Assembly (NCBI RefSeq): GCF_021028975.2
Contig: NC_059439.1
Coordinates: forward strand, 22,878,001 to 22,942,000
Direction of reading: 5' to 3'
DNA from: Sphaerodactylus townsendi
Taxonomy: Eukaryota
DNA length: 64,000 nucleotides
The notes under the pieces were generated by a model. That model made no database searches. It was given only the letters and a program-made list of their open reading frames with translations, and had not been told where the DNA came from. Shown one piece after another: positions 46,800-58,700 of the stretch; position 1 is the stretch's first letter, and each line of letters opens with the position of its first letter. The translations under genes and the position numbers were made by a program.

Positions 46800-47383
46800 G
46801 TGGTGGATGGTGAAATCAGGTTTGGAGGAAAATTGCATAAAAATAAGCTTTCTGTAACAAAATTTCAAATATTGATGGAGCCAGGAATAAAACACACATT
46901 TTTTTCCAATTTTCTTTCATAAAACTAATAGCAGATTTTCTCCCTCCCCCCATTCAGCCTTCAGAGCTATTGATTGACACTAAAATCACTTCCATCATAC
47001 CCAGGATCATTCTTGATACTAAAAACAATAGAAAACTGTGTTTCTCTCACTCCAACTGCCAGTCTACCTGCCAGCTTCAGTAGTCAGTTCCTATTGTTGA
47101 AATGATAAATATGAATTAGTAATAATCCTCTAACCTTCTATTGAACAGTCTTAAAAGGTGGCGAAAGTTTCAAATATATCATGGATAGAAGATTATATAT
47201 ACTTTTATAATAGAAGATTATATGCTTACTCATCATTCAATATCTGTCAAGTATTTTTTTAAAAAAATATGATAATAATCACCATTGCAAGCTTTTTAAA
47301 AAAAATCTATGAGAATTTATTATATAATATTGAATAACATGATCATGTCTATCAAATATTGTATATCTTATGATTCATGCTAA

Positions 47384-47810
47384 CAGGCCGAAAGATAATA
47401 AGTAGGCGAACCCACGCATATACGAATAATTTTAACTTGAGTGACTCATTTTAACGCTAAGTTATGGATTGGAATCATTTTAACGCTAAGTTATAGATCG
47501 GATTTATTTTAACGCTAAGTTATGGATTGGATTTTTTTAACGCTAAGTTATGGATTGGATTTTTTAATGCTAAGTTATGGACTGGATGTATTTTAACGCT
47601 AAGTTATCGTATGTATGGGACAAGTGAAACAAATTAGGCCTCAGTGTTGATTTTAGGGTATTTCATATATTACAATTACACTGGGAATTACAAGGTTGAG
47701 AGTGTGTATAGAATTTGTTGATCCTTGACTGTAATTTGCTGTATAGAATTTGTCGGTCCCTGACTGTAATTTGCTGGTCTTTGACTGTAATAATAAATTG
47801 ATTGATTGAT
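47384..47810 (+). mobile_element. 3' UTR fragment of an RTE-X-like LINE containing a ~28-bp minisatellite
   Basis: Ends tggtctttgactgtaataataaa(ttga)n like the 25567 element; 13-bp TSD TGATT(C/T)ATGCTAA (47371-83 / 47807-19); six copies of ttttaacgctaagttatggattgga at 47449-47607. Confidence 0.75.
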
Positions 47811-48589
47811 TTATGCTAAGATTTATGATAATCACCATTCAGTGCTGATTATATCTCTGCTTACTGCTCGTAATTGTTGCCATCATCATTTATTTATTCA
47901 TTGTTTATTGTATGTGTATTCTCCTCTTTTATTTTTATTTTGATGTAACTCTAAATGATGCTGTGATATTGTCTCTAGGGGTCTCTACCATTTTTTCCGA
48001 ATATTTTTCGGGTAAAGTTTAAAAAACAAACAAACAACAACAGTGGAAACCCCATACTGGCATGATGTGTTCCTCAGATTTTTCCCCCCTTCAGGATTTT
48101 CAGGTCTATTAAACTCAATCCCAAAAAAATTCCAAGCCTCTGAAGTCCACATGGACTTTGTGGGTGACAGGGAACAGCCAAACACTTTGTTTGGCATGTC
48201 TTGGCCAAGCCTATTTATCTGCTCCTCCCCTCCCCTGAAGTGCATGTGGAGCTGAATGATGGGCCCAGCTGTTTGCTACTTACTGCCTCCTGCAGCCTCT
48301 GAATCTCATGTGTACTGTGGCTGGTCAGCCTATAATGGAAGGGGAGAAAGGGGTAAATAGTTCCCCACCTTTTTAAATGGTGGCAGGGCTAAAGCGACTA
48401 GAAATATGCTGAAAAAATGCCAGATTCTTTTCAGGATTCACTTTTTTAGCTTCATTATATTACTGTCATTTTGGGGGCAATGGCGAAAAAACCCAACTAC
48501 AAATACGGTATTTTTGAGGTCAACTTTGATGAATTCACACCCCTAATTATTTCTATTTTGGGCTTTTTTTAATGTTCTGCTTTTTTTAA

Positions 48590-50190
48590 TGTTCCTGCTT
48601 CAAACACTCCACTATCGTCCCAGTGCCGAAGAAGCCTTCCATCAAGGAACTGAACGACTACAGACCAGTTGCTCTAACATCTGTAGTTATGAAAACTTTT
48701 GAAAGGCTAGTGATGTACCATTTGAAAACCATCACGGATCCACTGTTGGACCCCTTGCAATTTGCATACCGAGCAAATAGATCGACAGATGATGCTGTTA
48801 ATATGGCTTTGCACTATATCCTACAGCATCTTGAATCGCCAAAGACCTATGCAAGGGTCCTCTTTGTTGACTTTAGTTCAGCATTCAATAGTATCAGACC
48901 GGACATTCTTCTAACCAAACTAAATCAGCTAGCAGTACCTGAGCATATTTGTAAGTGGATCACAAGCTTCCTAACAGATAGGAAACAGCAGGTGAAGCTA
49001 GGAAAAATTACATCAGACACCTGTAAAATGAGCATTAAAATTTCAAGGCTGTGTGTACTTTCAATTACTTCTCTTCTGTATACCAATGACTTACCAAATG
49101 ATCCATCTGTTAAAAAATACTGAAATTTGCAGATGATACAACAGTGATTGGTTTCATCTCGGAGACAACTATGAAACCGCGATACAGACGGGAGGTTGAA
49201 CAACTAGCCTCGGGTGCCACTGGAACAATCTAGAACTGAACACTTAAAACTATAGAAATGGTGGTAGATTTCAGGAGAAACCCTCCCATCCTACCTCCTC
49301 TCACAATACTAGACAAATCAGTATCAACAGTGAAGACCTTAAATTTCCTAGGCTCCATCATATCTCATGGACCTAAAATGGACACCTAATATCAAAATGT
49401 CATTAAAAAGCACAACAAAAGAATGTTCTTTCTCATGTACCAACTCAGGAAGCTCAAACTGCCCAAGGAGAGCTGCTGATACAGTTCTACAGAGGAATCA
49501 TTGAGTCTAAGTTATCTGCACCTCTATAATTGTACTGGTTTGGTTCTGCAAACCCAACAAGATCCTTACATGACTCCCCAGAGAGAATAATCAGAACTGC
49601 AGAAAAACAATTGCTATTAACCTGCCTTCCATTGAGGACCTGTATACTGCAGTAATCGGTCAAAAAAAAAAAGGGCTGTGAAAAATATTTACTGACCCCT
49701 CAAGCATCCTGGACATAAACTGTTTCCAACTCTTACCCTCTAAACGTCAAGCTACAGAGGCACTGCACACCAAGACAACAACTAGACATAAGAGAACAGT
49801 TTTTTCCTCACGCCATCACTCTGTTAAACAAATAAATTCCCTTTGATAATGCCAAACTATTTATTATATATTTATTATATAATTACTGTGCACTACTTTT
49901 TTTTTCTATCATTCCTATTACCTCATCTCCTCCCACTATGAGCTGTATTGACTATAGCCTGTGCTGACATTTCCCATTTTATTTTATGATTTTACATTTT
50001 ATGTTTTATTACTATTGATTGTTTTCCTGATTGCTTACTAGGACCTATATGACAATCATTATGCTGTACCTTATGATTCTTGACAAATGTATTTTTTCTT
50101 TTTTATGTACACTGAGAGCATATGCACCGGAGACAAATTCCTTGTGTGTCCAATCACACTTGGCCAATAAAGATTCTATTCTATTCTATT
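48590..50190 (+). mobile_element. Rex1/Babar-like non-LTR retrotransposon, 5'-truncated
   Basis: [48 protein letters not shown] and KFADDT motifs; 3' end ggccaataaag(attct)n; many indels after ~49000. Confidence 0.88.
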
Positions 50191-50810
50191 TATATTTTAA
50201 ATGATTTTTACAAATCTGAACAAAACATAGAAATGCAAAAAAAAATAGATTAGTTCCCATCTGTCAGTTTCTAATTATCTTTGTCAACTGCCAAGTGTAC
50301 AATACTCAGGTTTTTTTAAAAAAAATATAACCTGTCACTCAAAAGTTTGTGTCCAAGACAACTTATCATTATGCAACTGCCCACGACACAAGGAAACCCT
50401 GGAATTCCAGACTGGGTTCTTTAATTTTAAAGGGCTGGGGGAGTGGGCAGACCCCTTTTCAAGACTATTACCCCCAAATCTCCATAAATTTCTCAAGGCC
50501 CTGCTGGGAACCTTAGCTCCTAGCTACTCAGGGGAAAAATGACTTTGTAAATTAACTGAAAGAAAAAGAACGTAATAAACACAAAGTCCTATAGAGGACT
50601 TGAAAGGCTCCCAATGGGACAGAATGGGATTCTGAACAGGAAGAGCTTGTTAAAAGAAAAAAAGTGAGAGTAGAAAGAAGAAACTGTAAGCCCAGACCTA
50701 TGAGAACTTGGAGTATCCTGGAGAGAGAGATGGGTGGTAACTACAAAATGTCATATTTACTCCTATACATCATGCCACCAATATACTGGCTAATGCCATT
50801 GAGTAGGTCA

Positions 50811-50947
50811 GGCCCTTTCTACACACGCAGAATAATGCACTTTCAATCCACTTTGCAGCTGGATTTTACTGTGCGGAATAGTAAAATCCACTTGCAATTT
50901 GTGAAAATGAATTGAAAGTCCATTATTCTGCATTTGCGGAAGGGGCC
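50811..50947. mobile_element. Harbinger-type MITE (AT-rich family)
   Basis: TCA|GGCCCTTTCTACAC ... GCGGAAGGGGCC|TCA. Confidence 0.9.
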
Positions 50948-51262
50948 TCAGTGAAACAAAATAATCCACTGACAAAATAATGGTTTCTGCATACTCAAGG
51001 GACTTCTCAGGTATTCAGAAAAATAACTTTTAAAAAAAAATCCACTAAATTTCTACAACAGGACCACAAGTTTAGAAACGACTGAAAAATGCCAAAAACA
51101 AAACAGCTTGCTCAGGATAAAATATGCTACAGGAGACTTAAAATTTGAAAGTGATTGAAAGTTTTGGTTAGTAAGTTGCATACACTGAAATTACTAGTAT
51201 GCTCACACCCCTAAGAAATCAAATAATTTACACTGATTGCTAGTATCCATTTGCTGCTACTT

Positions 51263-52205
51263 TCAAAATATGACTTTAGTACTGACAAGCCTTTTCAAGG
51301 CACTACACACTTCTCTGTTTCGTAGGCTGTAAATCAGGGGATTTATCATTGGGGTCACAATAGTGTAGAACACAGAGGATATTTTGCTCATATCTATAGA
51401 CCGTTTAGCAGCAGGAACCACATACATTGAAATCAGTGTCCCATAAAATGTAGTAACTACTATGAGATGAGTGGAGCAAGTAGAGATGGCTTTTTTAGAT
51501 CCTGTGCCAGAAGAATGTTTCAGAACAGCTGACAGTATAAATATACGATACTACGGTGAGTAGAAATGGGACCACTGTTAGACTGGAGGAAAGGATGAAA
51601 GAAGTCTTTTCAAACAGGTAAGTATCAGAGCAAGCGAGCTTCAAGAGCGGAGAGAAATCACAAAAGAAATGATCAATTTCATTGGGGCCGCAAAAGGTTA
51701 AGCTAATCATGAGAAGCACAGTGATTAAGGTGATCAGAAAACCACTGATCCAAGAACCAGCAGCAAGCCAAACACACGCACTGCTCTTCATAATGGTTGC
51801 ATAGTGGAGTGGATTGCATATGGCAAGATAACGATCGTAAGACATCACTGATAACAGCAGACATTCGGTACCACCCAGTGATCCAAAGAAATAAAACTGG
51901 GTCATGCAGTCACTAAAAGAGATGGACTTCTCCTCCAAGATCAAGCTGGTGAGCATACGGGGGACTATATTGGAAGTGTACATGATCTCAAGGAAGGAAA
52001 GATTTCCCAGGAAGAAATACATGGGTGTGTGCAGGCTACGATCAGCTGACACAGTGATCAAGAGTAAGGAATTGGTAGCAAGGGTCACCAGGTAGACCAT
52101 CAGGAACGAAGCAAATAGAAACCCCTGAATTTCAGGCATGTCCGAGAATCCTAGGAGTATAAATTCAGTAACCAGTGTTCCATTCCATGACATCAGGTAT
52201 TCCAT
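51263..52205 (-). pseudogene. Olfactory receptor with a single frameshift after TM5
   Basis: Intact to ...SYIYT; at ~51531-51535 the frame shifts, then SAVLKHSSGTGSKKAISTCSTHL...PMINPLIYSLRNREV...VIF* continues to TGA at 51265-63; span 943 bp (restoring 2 nt gives 314 aa). Confidence 0.92.
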
Positions 52206-53157
52206 CTAGAGGGAATGATAACAGTTAAAGGCAGCAAAATTATATTAATGGGAGTTTAATAACTACATCCAAGTGACTGAGAGGACCAGAAGAAGAGGTC
52301 TTTGCTGCTTTCCTGTTCCTTCTGCAGCCCTCAGCCCATTATTGAATGTTGCTGAAGGACATAGAGGCATGATTTTCTTACCAGAGGATATCAGGAAGGG
52401 GTGATGAAGCACTGGGGATGCAGGACCACGCAAATGCACAGTTTCTGGATGGGTAGAAGAACCCAACAGAGGCACAAGGGATAAGATCATTTGCTGTCAC
52501 CAGGTTCTGCTTTCCATTAGGATCTTTTGTGTGTAAACTTAATGGTGGTCACAGCCTTCCAACAACCTCATCACTACTTCCTGGGCAACCTCTCTTGCTA
52601 CTCCATTCTCCTCTACCTTTGGCCATGGCAGGGGAAATTGTCCATGAGCCTGATCCACTGCTGCTCCCTGCACTGTCTCAGAGGGTCAAATAGCCTTTAA
52701 AAGAGTGTGAGGTACAATATGTTGGAGTGCAATTGCAAAGGGGAAATTCCTTTTCCTTCTCTGTGTGAGCTGTTAAGTTATCCAAGCATTAGTGAAACTA
52801 ATATGTTTGGGTGATTTGTGTTGTTTCAATATTCTCACTGCATTTTCCCCAATCTGGTTGAATTCCTTGCTGACGCACTCTTTCCTCTAGAGTTCACTGC
52901 CCCCTCAGAAGCAGGTTCTTTTATCACTGGCAAAAAAGAAGAGGAAGAAAGGAGTAAGGCATTGGCGAATTCCTCCCATGAGATCTGCTTTACAAGTGGT
53001 TAGGTGGATCAGGTTTGTGGACCTCCATCCAACACGGAGTTGTATGGTTGACTTCTCTGAAATCTGTAGGCTTATTCAGGCTTAACTCTGGTAGACTAAG
53101 TCATCAGCTTGAGACTACCAGGAGAGTTCTGAGGAAAGAAATATTTTGAACCACATA

Positions 53158-53304
53158 GGCCGATTCCCTAATGCACGCTATGGGAATAATGCATCTTTCA
53201 GCAAGCTGCTTTCAGGGCTAACTTTGAAGTTGTGGCGGAAATTTGGCAAAAACAGTTGTGAAAGCAGCTTGAAAGTGCATTATTTTGCGTGTGCGGAATG
53301 AGCC
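53158..53304. mobile_element. Harbinger-type MITE (left half error-rich)
   Basis: ATA|GGCCGATTCC ... GTGCGGAATGAGCC|ATA. Confidence 0.88.
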
Positions 53305-53416
53305 ATAGAGAGTGTCTTTCTCACTTCCCACTCCTGCTATAACAGCCCAAAATGTACCCCTTCAAATGCCGTTCCCCAATGCATGGGGTAGAACATGGCA
53401 GATAAAATATAACTTT

Positions 53417-53551
53417 GGCTCATTCCGCACACGCAGAATAATGCACTTTCAAGCTGCTTTCACAACTGTTTTTGCCATTCCTCAAGACAGCTTCAAAGAG
53501 CCCTTGAAAGGCAGCTTGAAAGTGCATTATTCTGCATGCAGCGAATCAGCC
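53417..53551. mobile_element. Harbinger-type MITE, inverted relative to 53158
   Basis: GGCTCATTCCGCACACGCAG ... GAATCAGCC; flanks TTT/TTA. Confidence 0.88.
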
Positions 53552-54027
53552 TTATGCGGCAATTCTCCAACTAAGCAGGATAAGTGCATGGAAGTCTACA
53601 CATGCTCACACTTCCTCTTTCAGCAACGAGGAAATCCCATTTCATGTGCCTTTAGCAGCAAACTGTTATGCAGAATCTGCTACTACATCTGGAGCCTAGC
53701 CAAAAAAACACACCCCTATTGTTTCATTGCTGCAAGGCACACAAAGATACATGATTTGAAACTGCTAACGTATACTCAAAACATGGCCAGTTTACATGAA
53801 AAGGCAAAATGATTCTAATAAGAACATATCTCTGTTAACTGAGATCTTTTCCATCATAGCAAGAATGAGGAAATAATCTTTAGAATACCCCTCCTTATTA
53901 TAACTGTTTAGGCAGTTAAAGTTTTTGTTCTTTCAACCTTGTTATCTGTTTGAAAAATACTCTCATTCATTACCACTCATCTCATTACTTACCAAGAGAA
54001 GCCAGCCCTGCTTTTCATACTCTGAAT

Positions 54028-54141
54028 GTAGGTAGGTAGGTAGGTAGGTAGGTAGGTAGGCAGGTAGGCAGGCAGGCAGGCAGGTAGGTAGGCAGGTAGG
54101 TAGGCAGGTAGGCAGGTAGGCAGGCAGGTAGGTAGGTAGGT
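54028..54141. repeat. (GTAG/GCAG)n compound tetranucleotide microsatellite
   Basis: Direct observation; it explains ORF 53963..54145. Confidence 0.97.
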
Positions 54142-55111
54142 TCAATTTCTGTCTGATTCACCTTTAGGCATTTGTGATATCATTTAAAGATTCCCAGCCA
54201 ATGTGAACCGACTGAACTACTGCCATCTCAGAGATAACGTAACAGCCCAAATGCATCTTCGCCTTTTTGCAGCTGTGTCCCAATACATTGACTGTTACAC
54301 AGCTCTCATGCGTTCTGTGTTCCGGGTCACTGTAATTTCCATTTTGGTGTGCTAATTTCGAGGATGTGAATATAGAATGGAAATGGTTGTTCGGCATCAG
54401 TTTTGAGCTGATTTATCTTCTGCTGAATTTTAAACGTTTGCTTCTTTTTTAACTATACCCTGTGGTGACTTGTGTCAAGGGACATTTTGTTTGGCCTGCC
54501 CAGAATTACACTAGATGACACCTTCTTCCCTCCCATGACTCTATAAGCAGCAAACATTTGTATAATCAAACGATACGCATGTGGGACATTATAGAAAAAA
54601 TCTCAAATAATGAAATGAAGATATCTTCTATTAAATTGTAAACTTTGTGATATGCAAATAAAATGCTCAGTGCTGCATCTCTCTTGTATACATATTTTAT
54701 TTATTTACTATGCACGGCCGAGAATTATTCTCAGTACATGCTCATAGGTCTGCCAAACCCCACAACAGAGTGGGGTATTCCCTGTCCTGACACATCATTG
54801 CCCATGACCACTTGGAAAGGCAAAAGGGGGGCGGGTTAAAATAATAATAATAAAAACCTGACAGTGGCTTGGCATTGTCCAAAGCTTAAATTTCATATAT
54901 GCAATCTATGTTTTGAACTGTGCAAAGATGGCGTGACTTGGTTGGGTTCCAGAACATGAGTCTGGCATGATGCTGATAACATATAATGGGTAACTTTATT
55001 TAAGAAAGGTGTTCAGGCTGACTGTGTGAAAGAAAAAAATACAATTATTATGAGGCGTGGTTTTATTCACCATGTATTTACCATTGTCAGTGGAATATAC
55101 ATAGACATGGA

Positions 55112-55225
55112 CAGTGGTGGGATTCAGCAGGTTTGCACCACTTCAGCAAAACTGGTTGTTAATTGTTGAATTATTTGAATCCCACCACCGGAACCAGTTG
55201 TTAAATTATTTGGATCCCACCACTG
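55112..55225. mobile_element. hAT MITE (related to 13494)
   Basis: TIRs CAGTGGTGGGATTCA / TGGATCCCACCACTG; 8-bp TSD GACATGGA. Confidence 0.93.
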
Positions 55226-55554
55226 GACATGGATCCAATTATTGTGGTGCTTGTGCAATGAGATCTTTCCAATTGTCCTCCCAATGCAACCTATTGAGAC
55301 CCTCCCTTCAATTTTGAGCCTGAAAGTCATCTGATCTTCCAGAATATCCTTTAGAGCAATCTTGGGATTTGCTAAACAAACAGAAAATTGATGGAAAATT
55401 CTGTACCCTCTACCAAACCCATCCCACAATACATGAACTATGAAGGGGGGAGTGGAAATCTTGTCCCTTAACCTCACTGGATTCCTTCCTTCCCTCATGC
55501 TTGGTAATAGATAAAGTCACATTAACGACAGTCCTGGCATCTACAGCACATTAA

Positions 55555-56526
55555 TCAGTGTTGAGGTTTCCTCACAAACCCCCAAAATTGGCATAACATT
55601 TTTCTAAGAGTAACCCGTACGTCTTTGTTTCTTAGGGTATAGATGAAGGGATTGCTCATGGGAGTTAGGACTGTATACAAAAAGGAGAAGATCTTCTTCA
55701 GTTCTTTGAACTTTTCACCGGTTGGCAAGACATACATAACCAGTAAAGATCCATAGAAAATTGAAACAACAATGAGGTGTGAAGAGCAGGTGGAAAATGC
55801 TTTTTGTCGTCCGGTGACGGATGGAATTTTCAGGACTGTGATGATGATAAAACCATAAGATGTCACAGTTATAAGGAATGTAGGCAGAACTCCTATGGAT
55901 GATGTTATGAGAGATGCAGTTTCAATAATCTGGGTGTCAGTGCAAGAGAGTCTTACAACAGGTGTGAAATCACAAATGAAGTGGTCAATTATATTTTGGC
56001 TGCAGAAGTCAAGTTGTGTCAATAAATATGTTGAGACAACTATAAGTGCTGAGCCAATTATCCAAGATACCACAACGAGTAGGATACACATTCCATCATT
56101 CATCAGTGTAGTATAATTCAGCGGTCTACAAATGGCTAAGTAGCGATCGTAGGACATGGAGGCTAAGAGGTAACATTCCGTAGCTGCCATTGTGCCAAAG
56201 ACATGCATCTGTAGAATGCAGCCCCAAAGAGAAATGGTTTTGTCCCCTGTAAGAAAACTAGACAGCATTCTGGGCAATATAGATGTGGTATAGCAGATCT
56301 CCACAAATGACAGATTTGCCAGAAAGAAGTACATAGGAATATGGAGGTTCTGTTCAACCACAACCAGTGCTATAATGAGGAGATTACCAGATACAGTCAC
56401 AAGGTAGATTACTAGAAATAACAGAAAGAGAAAAATATTCAAATGTTCAACATTGCCGAAACCCAACAGGACAAACTCAGTGATGGATGTTCTGTTACGC
56501 CACTCTGAATTCTTCATAGGCTGCAT
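55555..56526 (-). CDS. Olfactory receptor, intact, 323 aa (OR11-like)
   Basis: LHIPMYFFLANLS, MSYDRYLAIC, KAFSTCSSHL and NPFIYTLRN motifs; NRT sequon; ttatAG|ATG acceptor. Confidence 0.97.
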   Translation of the reverse strand: MQPMKNSEWRNRTSITEFVLLGFGNVEHLNIFLFLLFLVIYLVTVSGNLLIIALVVVEQNLHIPMYFFLANLSFVEICYTTSILPRMLSSFLTGDKTISLWGCILQMHVFGTMAATECYLLASMSYDRYLAICRPLNYTTLMNDGMCILLVVVSWIIGSALIVVSTYLLTQLDFCSQNIIDHFICDFTPVVRLSCTDTQIIETASLITSSIGVLPTFLITVTSYGFIIITVLKIPSVTGRQKAFSTCSSHLIVVSIFYGSLLVMYVLPTGEKFKELKKIFSFLYTVLTPMSNPFIYTLRNKDVRVTLRKMLCQFWGFVRKPQH

Positions 56527-56582
56527 CTATAAGTGACAAAGTACATGAGAAAAGGAAAATATTAGTAGTGACCATTAGAATT

Positions 56583-56755
56583 NNNNNNNNNNNNNNNNNN
56601 NNNNNNNNNNNNNNNNNNNNNNNNNNNNNNNNNNNNNNNNNNNNNNNNNNNNNNNNNNNNNNNNNNNNNNNNNNNNNNNNNNNNNNNNNNNNNNNNNNNN
56701 NNNNNNNNNNNNNNNNNNNNNNNNNNNNNNNNNNNNNNNNNNNNNNNNNNNNNNN
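56583..56755. other. Assembly gap
   Basis: N run. Confidence 1.
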
Positions 56756-57156
56756 TATATAGTCTGCCTTTCTCACTGGGAATCAAGGCTTATTAAAAGT
56801 ATGATAGAAGTATTCAGACAATCAATACCCCCGTTACAAAATGTGATCAATTTTGAATGGTGGCAGTAATAGAATCTTAACTGCAACAGTTCCTTGTAAA
56901 ACAAAACTATTCACTCAATCAGTAAGCGGACTACATAGTATAACAACATTTGAACAGATTACTAGTAAAAAACAACATAATGCAATGGGACCAGGATGGA
57001 AGAACTGAAAGAAAAATCACATACTATTAAGAGGATAGAAGAACTGGAAGAAAAAGCACATACTATAGAGGACAGAAAAACTGGATGAAGTCCATACAAT
57101 AGAGAATAGAAGAACTGGAAGTGAAGAACTGAAAAATATATCATGAGTTACTAGAG

Positions 57157-57305
57157 CAGAATTTGGGAACAGATCTCAAATAGTTCGAATTACAGCATTC
57201 TCATCAAGCCTCTTACCAGCATGGCTGCTAATTGGCCATGCTGACAGAGGCTGATGGGAATTGTAGTTCCTGAACATCTGGAGAGCCTCAGGTTCCCTAC
57301 CCCTG
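57157..57305. mobile_element. hAT (URR1/Charlie-like) MITE
   Basis: Right end gggaattgtagttcctgaacatctggagagcctcaggttccctacccctg; 8-bp TSD TACTAGAG (57149-56 / 57306-13); left TIR degenerate. Confidence 0.82.
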
Positions 57306-57754
57306 TACTAGAGGATAAAAGAATGGGAAGAAAAAGCAAATATTACCAGAGCTACCTCCCAAACTGATCCGTTAGATCACAGCCTACAGGTCCACTCCTC
57401 GACATGAACAAATTCCTGAACAATTCCGTTTTACACATTTTGTTAATGATACAAATATAGGGGCCTTCCTAATAGCCTCAGGCAGGCTAATTCATAATGT
57501 AGGAACCACCACAAAGAATGCATGAGAACTGGCAGGTGCCAATTTTACCTGTCACAGAATGGTATTTTCAGCAGATTTCACTGTAATGAGTGAAACTATC
57601 ACAGGAGAACATAGCAGTAGGGGTGGTTTTGCCAGTATATTCATCTTTTGGACACAGGTGTGGAATGTAGATTGTAAGTAAATTAATTTGTTGTGAAACT
57701 ATTTGTGAAACTGAGATGATATGGGGCACAATTTTTAAAATGAAAGAACAGTTT

Positions 57755-58030
57755 GCTTTTATACTCCACTTTTCTCTACTGAAAGGAGTCTCAAAGTAGC
57801 TTACAATGACCTTCCTTCCCCCTACCCCACCATACTATGCACCTTGTAAGGTAGGTGAGACTACGAGAGTTCTGAGGGAAGTGAGACTAGCCCAATGTCA
57901 TCCCACAAGCTGCATGTGGAGATGAGGAATCCAATCTGTTTCTCCAGATTAGAGTCCACCACCTATGTGGAGGAGTGGGGAATCAAACCCAGTTCTCCAA
58001 ATTAGAGCCCACCACTCAACCACTACACCA
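57755..58030 (-). mobile_element. Squam3-like SINE
   Basis: Reverse complement of the 20481/61900 SINE; another copy at ~62490-62770. Confidence 0.8.
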
Positions 58031-58370
58031 TACTATCTCTCGTATGGCAAGACATATACCAATAGGCATATATTGTATGGAAAACAGACACTTTTGTGGG
58101 AGGAGAAAGAAGCAAAGTAAGAGTACTTGTGCTTTTCAAAGCTTGTGTGTGGTACTTGTGCTTTTCAAAGCTCAGGTAGGCAACCTATCTAAGCGAAATT
58201 GTTGATTTTCTCAGTAAAAAACGCCTGCTAATCTGAGCCACCCCAGAACTGACTGAGCACAATTATGCAATTCCTGGTTTAGGCATGTGAACCCAAAATC
58301 TAAGTGTGGGCACTGCTAAAGATGTGTTTTCTTTGTAATCATTTGTTAGAAAGTCATGTGAAACCTCTCT

Positions 58371-58700
58371 GACTTACCTGCTGAGAGCTATTTTCTAAGA
58401 GAAAAGAATACCAAGCAAAGACTCCTTTCACGGTATACATATATCCCAGAACTTGCACTAATTCAACACAGTTGCATCATGTTTTTATTCTCGAAGGACA
58501 ACTGTTGAACAGAAGGCAAAATGAAGTCCCTCAGGACAATTGTTGACTACAGAAGACATTTATTTCCCAAGGGAGTCTGTCATGGGAAACTAACAGACTC
58601 TACCTCTTTTTCACACATATGTATAATACAGATGTTTTCTAGTCATTCAGACTGATGGAGTCACTGCCCCAAGGAGGTCATCTCTTCACCCTGCCTCATG
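58371..58700 (-). promoter_or_regulatory. Putative promoter and non-coding first exon of the 55555-56526 OR
   Basis: Consensus donor CAG|GTAAGT on the minus strand at 58380-58372; upstream perfect O/E (EBF) site TCCCAAGGGA at 58565-74, further O/E-like sites (TCCCTCAGGA ~58527, TCCCATGAC ~58580, CCCCAAGGA ~58667) and a TAATT homeodomain core at ~58459. Confidence 0.55.

Noticed and set aside
47449-47607. CRISPR-like direct repeat array
   Set aside because: Units are contiguous with no unique spacers, there are no cas genes, and the context is a eukaryotic LINE 3'UTR.
53312-53812. 166-aa ORF
   Set aside because: Runs through a MITE and has no recognisable domain; the same RIMHFQ peptide recurs in other MITE copies.
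54164-54397. 77-aa ORF upstream of the 52205 OR
   Set aside because: No recognisable homology; it could be a 5'UTR exon, but I cannot support a coding call.
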